NCBI GenBank assembly: GCA_004431415.1
Contig: QPMI01000187.1
Coordinates: 1-54,417, forward strand
Reading direction: 5' to 3'
DNA length: 54,417 nt
DNA from: Cyanophora paradoxa CCMP329
Lineage: Eukaryota; Plantae; Glaucophyta
The notes below the pieces were generated by a model, which saw only the letters and a list, made by a program, of their open reading frames with translations, had not been told where the DNA came from and did not search any database. Below are positions 1 through 10,400 of this stretch, one piece after another. Numbering within the stretch: the first letter of the stretch is position 1; every line of letters starts with the position of its first letter. The position numbers were made by a program, and so were the translations under genes.

Positions 1-3000
1 CTGACAATGACGAAGATCCCAAGCCCCAGCACAATCGCTATCTCGTGCTTCGATGAACCGACTCCATTGTGAATCCAGAGCCATCCGGCCTTGGCGAAGA
101 AACGCGAAGATCTGACTGAAAAGAAGAGACCAGTTGAATACGTGCGCTCTTTCGATTTGATCCACACTGAATGATCCAGCGCCATCTGGGACGTGCATGT
201 GCGAATTGCAATCATATGCATGTACACGTAAATCAGATTCGAGCCTCTCGACTTCTCCGTCTGGCAGGTCGGCACACGCCCTGCCAGATCAGAAAGATCG
301 ACAGCTTCAGACACAGAGCCGGCAGGCAGCGATGAAGGCAACGCCGCGCATTCGCACCGGAAAGCACGCAAGGCTAGAGGACGACCGTGAAGCTGAACTA
401 GGCCTATCAGAAGAAGGCACACTTGCTTGTTTGGGTCAGCGAAGTTCACGGGGTCCGTTGCGATGATTGCTCTGCGAGTAAGAACGAGTAAGAACGCCAA
501 ACTGCACTTGCTCGAGCTCTGCTGCGCCTGTTACCTAAGCGTAGCATTGATGGCGGCTGACGCTGCCGACAAGGCTGCCATAGTCGACTTCGATGCCTGT
601 AATTCAAGAAGGGCAGCATGTGGGTTCTGCGTATGGCAGTCTAGATCTGTTTGGCACGTCGTTTCTGTGGCGTTTACATACCGTCGTATCCAGTCGCCGC
701 ATATCTGGGGGCAGGGGCTCTGCGGCACCGCGAAAACGTCAGCAATCATCCCCGCACTTCTTTGCAGTTCGCGGTATCGCGGTTCCCGGGGAAAAGCTAA
801 AGAAGTACCATGCCAGTGACGACTCAAGCAGTCAGAGTCAAAGAAAGGCTCTCTGAAGCTGTTCATCGCGCCGCCAAAGGCAGCCGCTGCGCGCTACGGT
901 GGCCACGGCCGAGGCACGGCGCGCAAGGGGGGTACAGAGTTCGTCTGCCGGTCGACGTCGTCAAGACGGTAGAACAGAATGCTAAGAGCAAAACAGGTCC
1001 GTACACAAGAACAGAGCTTGCCTACACAACCACCCGCAGCTCTCTCGGCGCCGGCCGTGCTCTCTCGGCGCCGGCCAGCTCTCCCGGCCGTGCTTCTATC
1101 GCAACTAGCATGCGTAGCGCGATTGCGGCGTGTGCGCATGCCCACATCTCTGACCTCTCCAACGCGCTTGGGCGCCTTCCAGAGTTCGAATGAGGAGGTT
1201 TTGTTCCAGAAGCGCATGTGCGAGCTCCTGAAGCCGATCGGCTCTGGTCTTGCGGCTTTCCCAAAAGGAACATGAACTGCCCCCACCGGACGCTCCGCTC
1301 GAAACCTACAAGAAGCGCCAAGCGGCACTGCTCGGCCGGCTCCGCATGATCCCAGGTGCTCCCGAGCGGTTTCGAGAAGTCCTCAAACAATGGGAGGCTG
1401 CAAGAATCCAGTCAGGCCGCGGCGTACCGGCCGCGGTACGTGCATGTACATGTGGATACGCTATGCACGCCCTTCACACACGCGTGGCCACATGTACAGG
1501 ACCAGAACCAGAGCGGGAAGCCTTTCTTACTCAAGGCAACCTCACGCCATACCTTCGCTTTGAAATCTGAGCTTCCATCGCAGTGCCGTACGAGCTCGGT
1601 CCGTGCACGTGGTTGGCTGCCTGCTTGCAATTTGCTGTGTCTAGAGCTTCTTTACTTCAAAAGCTTCTTCCCTTCAATGAGCTTCTTTCTACGCAGCTTC
1701 TTAGCTTACAGCTTCTTACTCTTACTTCTTACTTCTTATTGCTTCTTATATCCGGCTCCCCCCGCTATCCGGCTCCCCCGCCTCCGGCTCCAGGATCCGC
1801 GCACACCTTTCTGCCCTCCGGGCCAGTTGGTGCCACGAGCTCGTCCGTTCTTAGAAACCAGCGATTGAGCGTCCTCCAGCAATCTAGATCTGAGCTTCGC
1901 GCAGCATGGGACCCCCCAAGTCCTTCACGTGAATCTGACCATCTGAGAGTGAGCGGCCATTCTAAACTTGACTGTGCGGGCTTCTTCTTATCCTCGCAGC
2001 CCTCCGTCGCACCGCGTTCTCCGAGGACGCCGCCAGTCTTGTTCGGGCAGCAGCTCGAGGAAACAGGGCATTCTCTCCACGCTCTCATGTGCGAAAGAAA
2101 AGCTGCATCTGCCCGTGTGCTCGGGCTTCATCCGCGCTTTTTAATCGAATGCAGCACCGTACGCTTCCTCGAGCTCGAGCTCATCGAGTGACGGCGACGA
2201 CGATGCTCCTCAGCTGCCAACAGATTTCTTCGCATCCTTCGGTGTGAAAACAGACGACGCCCTCCACAGGAAGGTAATCTTCAACCTTCTCTGCACACCT
2301 GTTGTCATCCCATCATCTTTGCAGGTCATATCAGACATCACTGCTGAAGCCGCCAATGTCGTTCTCGATATGCTGGAAAACGCGAATTTTCCTTCTGTGA
2401 ATGTCGGCCATCGGCAAACCCCGCCGAACTTTCTGGATTGGGTAAAGAAGCTTTCGACATCGAGCTCGCGTGCCCTATTGAAGTATGCCGAGACGGTCGC
2501 CAGCGACTGGCTTCTAGCTCTGAAGATCAGACTCCCTGGCGATTCCGAGGAACTTCGTAAACTTCACTTGCGGTCTCTTGATCGTACCAGACCGATTTTT
2601 CGTACGGTGAACAGTCAGCGAGCGATGAGTCCGAAAGCGAGCGCTTATTCCAGGCGGAAGAGCAGCTGCAGCTTCCAGGCGGAAGCAGTTCTTCCAACAG
2701 CTCTCCGGCACGGAATTCGCCAACCTGCCATGAGAATCGTGATCATGATCATGAGTTCCCACGCCCTTTAGCTGCACATCGGCCCGTCACCGTCAAACGG
2801 CGCCGGAAGAGCATGCGCAGCGACCTACCGCAGCAGCCCAGTACGGATCGGCCTAAAACGCATCCACAGTTGAGCAACTGGAGGGTGTCGTGGTACCGGT
2901 ACGCTATCAAGAATTCGAAGGACCCTTCCGCTCGCACACCGTCTGGTCGACTTCCGAACACGCATCAAATTTGGGCTTACCTTACTCAGAATATACCGGT

Positions 3001-3280
3001 GAGCATATGCATGAATCATGGCTCATGTTTCCATCTCTGAACTGATACCCCGCGTGTCAGGCGTTGATTTCGGACCAGAGCCTGGCCAGGGAATTAAAAG
3101 AACGCGTTCAGCCGGAAACGACTCAGCAATAGACTTCAGCCAGAAGCCATACGGCGCGAACGACGATCCCAATTCCTCAGACGCATCTGTTGACTCCAGT
3201 GCATCGCGCACCACGGCCAGCAGCGGTGGCAGGCGTCAGGCTGCAGCGAGAGTCCTCCAATCTTTAGCTTCAGCTCCGTA
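1..3280 (+). CDS. Upstream exons of an unidentified multi-exon gene or genes; possibly the N-terminal part of the DOT1/Ulp1/SET cargo gene
   Basis: Protein-like segments (e.g. ELPPPDAPLETYKKRQAALLGRLRMIPGAPERFREVLKQWEAARIQ at ~1270-1410; VISDITAEAANVVLDMLENANF...WLLALKIRLP at ~2325-2600) separated by short GT..AG-like intervals. No family motif recognised. Confidence 0.3.
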
Positions 3281-3337
3281 TGTCGGTTCGAGCGTCTTAA
3301 ATGTTTCTGGTTTTTTTTAATTCTGAGTGATTCGAAG

Positions 3338-4460
3338 GCGACAAGCCAGTGAAGCGCAAGAAGCGAGAAAACGAAGTCGCCCCGCTTGTCGTTTCTTGCT
3401 CCCGTGGCATGATTGAATTCAGTCGATGTGACAACTTTCCACGGCGCTGGCAACTCGCGGCTGAGGTTGTCACAAATGGTCGCTATGCGGATGAAGCTGG
3501 AGCGGTGTACGATATGCGTTTTCATATCCGGAAGGAGAGTCTGCCCAGCATTCTGAAGAAACAAGACAACATGAAAGCCTCATCCATTGGATCGCTCTCT
3601 CGATCTTTGAATTATGGCGAGCTCGGCCTCGTTGACATCAAAACGATAGCAGAGTTCATTTCCGGGGGGTCTTGCCGGAAGGGAACTCGACTTTGGAGCT
3701 GGACTCGCCAGAGGTTGTGATTGCGGACATAGGAGCAGGTTCAGGTGGCGTTCTGAGGCAGCTCAGCCTCATATTTGCTCTCATGGAGAGGCAGCTTCCA
3801 TTTCGTCTGAAGAAACTCGTCGGATTCGAAATCTTGCAGATGTTTCTCGCAAGCTTCAAAAAACTTCAGATATCCTTTCTTCAGCAGTGCCGATCCGTTA
3901 TGTTCAGCGAATTCCCAGAAGTGATTGCGTTGCTCGAGGCGTATACACAACGCACAGAGCTGGTTATCGGCGAAGCCGGGCTTGCCGACTTCGGAAGTCT
4001 GGGGTGAGCTCCCTTTTTTCTTACATATGGATTCCACCTACTTCTCTGTTTAATGTGATGAATGCAGAATTACGCACGCTGTTATTAGTGATCAAGTGAT
4101 GGAACACGATATTCGCGAATCAATCTTCGTCCGTCTTGCGGTTCAGTGCGCCTCGGGCTTCCTGGTGGGTCCAAGTTGCTGTCTTTTTTACTCTAAGCAA
4201 AGCTGTTTTGACATCCTGTTTTTCCAAAAGATACTTTCCCATCATCCATGGTCGGAACGCGATGTGCATCACTGCAGACTTCTTGGTCGTTTCAATTACC
4301 TGGGAATTCTCAGCTGCGCCAACAAGGTGATCGACGGGAATTCAGATTCAGTTTCAAGGCAGGCAAGGCTTCGGCCACGAACTGTCCCTCAAGGATTGTA
4401 CTCAACGTACAACGTGGACGCATTTCACGTGTTTCGCCTCGAACCAGAACGACTTGAGCG
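3338..4460 (+). pseudogene. DOT1-like (class I SAM-dependent, H3K79-type) methyltransferase domain, with one frameshift
   Basis: Ordered DOT1 motifs: LNYGEL, VVIADIGAGSGG (motif I), LVGFEI, ELVIGEAGLADF, then after splicing ITHAVISDQVM and GFLILSHHPW. A frame change in a G6 run at ~3664-3669 separates YGEL from DIGAGSG. Confidence 0.7.
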
Positions 4461-4529
4461 TCCGCTTGCTGACGTGCCGGAGTTGCCGGAATTCACGGGA
4501 GGCTTCGCTTTTCTTCCAGAGCACACGCT

Positions 4530-5114
4530 GGGTGACCCTTTCAATGACATCCACATGCAGAATTGTGCGTAATGATCATCTCAAAGTCTTCCATTGCCTA
4601 ATTTCGAGCATAATTATAAACAGTTTTGGAGATTGTTGGTGCGAAACAGTTGATGCGTCAACTTGGAATCCGACCCTAGAATTCCATGGAAATGTCGTTG
4701 AGAGCATTGTCTCCAAGATTGCATCTCTGGAACGGCACCGCAAACCAGCGCCCGGGTCGCCTTCGTATTGGAAGAGGCATTCCACTGGTAATCTATTTCT
4801 TTTAACGTATAACAATATCGTTTCGCTTATTTTTTTCATCGCAAAGGACTGCTCACGTGCTTTTGAGTTTCTCGGATGGGCCGGGAATGGTTTTTTACGA
4901 TTCTCTTGGGACCTACTTTCAAAACTCGGCTGTCATCGCTGGTGAGATGCTTTCGAGCATGCGAGGATGTGACCGCTGGTTGCCGGAAACACGACTTGAG
5001 GACCGTGTCTGTCGAATCGATTTATTTCCCTGCTCCACGTCAACTGCTCAGGACGCGTTCACATTGTCGGTCGGCATTTCAATTGCTCGCATTGCTGAAA
5101 TTTACCGGTACTGA
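4530..5114 (+). pseudogene. Ulp1/SENP-like (clan CE) cysteine protease domain, frameshifted
   Basis: Splicing gtaatc(4788)..aaag(4846) gives VAFVLEEAFHWTAHVLLSFSDGPGMVFYDSLG, the HW...YDSL motif of C48 proteases. A downstream PRQ...SHC segment (candidate oxyanion Gln and catalytic Cys) lies in a shifted frame. Confidence 0.5.
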
Positions 5115-5712
5115 AGGCTTAACGGCAGTGCGGAGTCCATGCAGGCGACTTCTTACTCCAGTTGTCTGAATGTCTGAACGACATTCTCGACGCGTCTGGC
5201 GCCGTTAGGCCTCCGACGTTGCAGATGTGGTACCCAACAGGGCAGCTGCATGAGGAAGAATACGAGAAGCAGGCTTCGTACACGTATCCGATTTCTCTCG
5301 AAGAATTCAAGGAGAAACTTACTCTGCACCTTATGGCGCGTTTCATCAATCACGATATCACGGCTTCCCCTGAAGAGCACATCAAAGAACTTGAACTCAG
5401 GTTCGGGAGGGTTCAGCTTCGTATTCTTCCTTTTCATGTGCTCGTTTGCAGGTACATCTCGGAAGTCCGAGCTCAGAACTCCAGAATTGAGTCCTCTCCG
5501 CACATCCTGGAACACGTTCAGAAACTTTATCATACTCGCCCTCCAAACCAGGCCCGAATTTCACATGATGGATCGGAGCTGGCAAAAAAGCGGATGAATG
5601 AGGTTATCAAGGCTTACAATTCTAACTTCCAGTTTCCACATATTCCAAAAGCCGGTTCGTGAGCGTTGTTCTAGCGCTGTTCGATTTTTGACCGCGCTGT
5701 TCCGCGCGGCAG

Positions 5713-6503
5713 TGAGAGAACAACTGAGCCATGATTGCTGCGTCTGCTTCGGGCCACGGGGTCACGTCTGCTTCTTTGCCGCGATTCTCCTGCTTGCCAC
5801 AACATTGTTTCCGAATACCAGTGCACTCCTTTCAACTGCTCTTATGGCACTACCGATTGCGGAAATCGGAACTTCAAGATCGTGGGTCAGTCTTCAAGTA
5901 TTTCCGTGGAAGTTTTCGACGAGCAGAATGACTGTGGTGTTGGCATCCGGAACCGAAGTGGGCCCCCAGAATACGAGCAGGCATGTTTTTGGGAGAGCTT
6001 CTGGGGAACAAATGCAACAGGTCCAGAGCAAGTTCCCGGTCGAAAGCTACGCGGCTCACAACGCATGTTCGACTGAAACATCTTCTCAACTGGTTATTCC
6101 GTTCTTTCTTCCAATTACAAGTACCCTTCCTACTTGCTTGAACAGGCCTGCGCGTGCAGGTTGCTGGATATGGCAGCCGGGGGCTGGCCAGTGCTGCAGA
6201 ATCACAGCTGCAAACCGAACGTCGAGCTTCGACCAGTGATGGTTGGTGACAGATATCGTTTTGGGTTTTATGCTTTGTTAGACATTGAGCCAGGTGATCC
6301 CCTCACGTGGAAGTATTCGGTACGTGCTTGACGTAGTCACATTCCCACATTCTTCGAATTCACGACCTCCGGGCCTCCAGTCGGAACCCCTCGACGACAG
6401 CAGCCAAGAGCAAATATGCAAATGCCCGAGTGCCGCCGACCCAATTGCAAAAGGCCGAATCGCATCTATGTGTAGGGGAGAATGTAGCTTTATTAGGAAT
6501 TAG
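5713..6503 (+). pseudogene. AWS-SET-postSET histone lysine methyltransferase (SET2/ASH1/NSD-like), with frameshift(s)
   Basis: AWS Cys pattern CCVC...CRDSPACHNIVSEYQCTPFNCSYGTTDCGNRNF. SET motifs LQNHSCKPN and GFYALLDIEPGDPLTWKY. Post-SET CKCPS...MCRG before the stop at 6503. Confidence 0.8.
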
Positions 6504-6701
6504 GAGAGTAGCTTTTTGAGGAATTAGGAAGTAATAGATTTGAATTGATGAGGAAGCAACTGCGCCTGCAGGCATTCACACGTGCACGCGCATGCACGCA
6601 CGTCATGATCATCATGTGCATAAGCCGTCCTCGCTGATCATGAGGGGACAGAGGCATAATTAAATATTAATCGTCGTAGTGGCTCCGGCCCATCATGCGG
6701 A

Positions 6702-7413
6702 TCTCGAGGCTCGAGCTCCCATCATCAGCGCCGTGTGTCTTCTAGGCTGGGCCAAAAAAAAAAAAAAAGTCTTCTAGGCTGGGCCCGGAGGGTTGCTTGC
6801 TACGAGACACGAGCTTTTTGATCATGACTGGCCATGCGTCGAGCTCGCCGAGTCGCCCTGGTACCGAGGCCTGAGGCTTCATGATCACGAGCTCGATGGG
6901 CTCATGATCAGAAGAATCATGATTGTGTGCTTTATCACCAGGACCGGATCCGAAAGGCCCGGGCCTCCGAGGCTCTGCGGCTGCATTAAGTCATGATCAG
7001 GGATCCGGAGCCTCAAAGGGAGCTGCCGAGGCCTGAGCCCAGTGAGGCTCAGCGGCGTCATGATCCGATGCACATGATCACAAGCTCGAGCTCCGAGGCT
7101 CTCAGATCTAGAGTCTATGACCAGCGCATGTCCCCTGGCCTCAAAGGAGGCCTGAGGCTTTCTCGAGGCTCGAGCTCCCATCATCAGCGCCGTGTGTCTT
7201 CTAGGCTGGGCCCGGAGGGTTGCTTGCTACGAGACACGAGCTTTTTGATCATGACTGGCCATGCGTCGAGCTCGCCGAGTCGCCCTGGTACCGAGGCCTG
7301 AGGCTTCATGATCACGAGCTCGAAGGGCTCATGATCAGAAGAATCATGATTGTGTGCTTTATCACCAGGACCGGATCCGAAAGGCCCGGGCCTCCGAGGC
7401 TCTGCGGCTGCAT
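6702..7413. repeat. 253-bp near-perfect direct repeat pair (6702-6986 and 7161-7413); copy 1 carries a 32-bp insertion
   Basis: Direct comparison: identical apart from one substitution (gatggg/gaaggg) and the A15 + 17-bp duplication in copy 1. Confidence 0.9.
6737..6785 (+). mobile_element. Poly(A)-only retro-insertion with a 17-bp target-site duplication
   Basis: gtcttctaggctgggcc (6737-6753) + A15 (6754-6768) + gtcttctaggctgggcc (6769-6785). The paralogous copy at ~7196 shows the empty site. Confidence 0.7.
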
Positions 7414-7492
7414 GCCGCAGGCCACAAGAAATAATAAATTTGTTACAAGCTAATTATTTGCATAAATGACGTCTTGCGCATGCAGCTGTAGG

Positions 7493-10400
7493 CTACGTTT
7501 TACGCAGGGACGTGAACGGCAGCCGCTCGCCAAGAAAGTTCCTAACCTCTCCCTTATCTGGGAAGCACTGCTGAGCTCTGATAAGGTGATCGATTGTTGG
7601 GTTAGGGAGCACACGCTCGAATTGCGACGATGTGTGGTCGGGGAGAGGCATCAGGCGCCAAGGCTCGATGGTGTCAGGCCACACCCAACGACAGAGAGGG
7701 TCCTCTTTGGTGATGTCGATTCGGTCGCAGTTCAAGTTGGGCATAAACGAGCAAGCTGAGAAGGGTAGACCGCAGCTCGAATGATGCGAAACGCACCCCC
7801 GGGTGCCTTTGCGTGGGCGAACTCGAAAAGGCCTCTGGCACGAGCATAGCGCCGGACCGGCTCTCGCCGGTCAGGATGCGCTTGGATCTCCTCGGCGCTG
7901 AGGTAACCCATTCGCCCGAGGGGAATGATAGGGTAGGGATGGCCCCCCTCGTCGCAGAGCTGCCGTCGGGGAACCATCGCGATAAAGGACATGAATGAGC
8001 TGTCGTGCTTGTCGGTTGAGAGTTCGCTGGAAATGAACAGGTGGTGGTTGGCGTAAAAGCAAGGATACATAGTTCCCTTTCGAGGTGGGACGCCAATCCA
8101 TTCTCGAGGCATGCTGGAGAAGTGCGGATCCATCGGACGCCAGGGCCCAGCCTCCGGCAATACAGGTTCTATCGTGTATTCCCAGCTCGGCCTGGGTGCG
8201 CATGCTGATCATGATCACGAAGAAACAAACAAGGGGCGGATCGATATCCGGATGGTTCGAACCAGGTGCCTTTAGTCTCTATGAATCGCTCTCGCTCGTC
8301 AACGTAGAGGTCGAAGAAAACGGCCAGATACGGGGGATTTCCGAACAGCTCCTCCCGCTCGCAAAACGAAGAGATTAAGCCACCGTACTCTTCATCGTGA
8401 TTGTCATCACTGTGCAGAATTAATGCGAGTTTGTCATCAATGTGGGGCAGATCTAGACTCTAGATCTGCAGCTGGCGGCGGCAATTGCGAATTCGAATTT
8501 CGAACCTTCCTTCAAGAATGAACCCAGCTCTGGTTTGGTTTTCTTACTGTATTCGACGCCAGCTGTGTGAATATCGTAGCTGTAGCCACGTTTGCCCTTC
8601 CGAATGGCACCGGCTTTTTCCGTGTCAAGAAGGTGTGGAATTTTGTTCAAGAACTCGCTTGTTGCATGCTGCAGGACGGCAAGGGCTCCCATTTCCTGCA
8701 AACAAAATCCGTTCAAACGTCTCCAATACCGAAATTCAATATGCATTGCAATAGATATTTTCACAACTTGCCTGCGTTCGTCGGGCCGCACTCGTTATCA
8801 GAGATGATTGTGCCCCGATTCCTGCAGTAACTTTCACATTGTGACCGCCCCGCTCCGTTCCACGGGAAGAAACTGCTGGCGCCGGCCCCAGCTCGATGCA
8901 TCCGTCCACTCTTCGCACATTTAAGCCGATTGCAGGCAAGCTACAGCCAATGGTTCGCGCACGCATCAACAACGAGAGCTGCATACATTGTCCAGAACGG
9001 CACGGGTACGTAGTGACGTTCGGCACCCCTTGTAAGAACTGCTAGTTTGCGGAGTTCAAGCAAGAAGTCCGGATAAACAATCTGTTACAACGTCACGGAC
9101 GTGTCGGAGCCTTTGCTTTCTCAACGTTACCTTCGATCCAATGCCGTGCAGGACGTCCAGTTGATTGATTACGAGGATCCGATAGAGGCAATTCTGTTTA
9201 TCCATATCCGCATCAAGACACATGCGAAGAATGTCGCCTGCCACGTCTGCAATAGCGAACTTTTGAAAGTTTCGTCCAGTCCGTAAAAACGACGGTTCGT
9301 CCATCTGCACACATGGTTACTCCTGCTAGTCCTAATTATAAACATCAAAGTTCGCTCTTCTCGATTTGTAATTGCGAACTTCACTTAAATTGGGTCTGGC
9401 GAATTTAATTCTTACCGTTGTTCCTGAAAAGTGCGGATATCGTGCGCGCCTTGCAACACGCTCGATAGCATCGTACAGCCGTTCAGTGGCTTCCCAGGCA
9501 AACGGCGCGTTATCTTCGAGTTCCGCGACAAGGTCGACTGGCTGGCGTGGAGGAGGCTTGCCATTTCGGAGAGCTGCTTCGTAAAGTCGCCGATCCTTTT
9601 CCATCTTTTGCTCTGCGCAGCGTATTTCCGCTTCGCTTGGCGCCCTGTAAAGGACAAGAACATCCATGTTGATGCTTAACCTTCGCATTGACGAAAGTAA
9701 TTAAGTAAGTGGTTGTACGTTGCAAATCAACCACGAATGGAAGTTGGAAGATGCAACGACACACTGAATCGAGGTAGGACTGAGCTTATCACCATTATTC
9801 GCGTTGCCGCGAAGATAGTTGAAGACATCCGCCAGACGGTTTTTGACGAGGTGGAATTCGTCAGTATGCCGCGCCCCTGAACGGTCAACACCCATGTCGA
9901 AATTCAGCTCGCCATGCCGCAGGAACTCCCAGTCGCTCTCGCTGAAGTCGCATAGGGGGCCGAGCCGAAAGTGTGGCCATTCCGCTAAAGTCGGCAAGCC
10001 TTGAACGCCTGGTCAGAGACAATTCAATGGACGGCGCGTTCGAAGGATGTTCACTTATATCCATTCTAAAAGGTTTACCGAAGGTTTTCGTTTTCACAAA
10101 TTGAACAAAAGCTGTTTGCGTAATCTCTTTCCGAAACCATCTTTGGCGTTGGATCTCTACAGCATGTCCGTCGGCTCGCTGTACCGAAGGGTGTCAGAAC
10201 AGCTGCAGTGGGAACGTTTCAGTCCGTCGGCTCGATGCACCATGCAGTAGTCCGTTCGGGCAGATGGGGGTCTATCATGATCCTTGGTCAGTACGCACAA
10301 CTCCCGCATCCAGTGTTTGAGCGGGAGATCGTGTGCTTGAAACATGTTTTTCCCGGCGGTTTTGCTCTGCGCTTTCCAGAAATCCACCTTCCGAAGCGGA

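Larger units (their letters stand above)
1..6681 (+). mobile_element. Possible right-hand part of a large cargo-carrying CACTA-like element ending ...CGTCGTAGTG
   Basis: The reverse complement of 6672-6681 reads CACTACGACG, and sequence style changes after it. The left end is not in the window, so TIR and TSD cannot be verified. Confidence 0.3.

Noticed and set aside
1640-1750. CTTCTTA-rich tract as a functional repeat
   Set aside because: It looks like ordinary low-complexity, probably intronic, slippage sequence.
4530-5114. The Ulp1-like domain as the maturation protease of the viral cassette
   Set aside because: It is 14 kb away, intron-containing, frameshifted and embedded between DOT1-like and SET domains, so transposon cargo is the simpler reading. 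It is not formally excluded.
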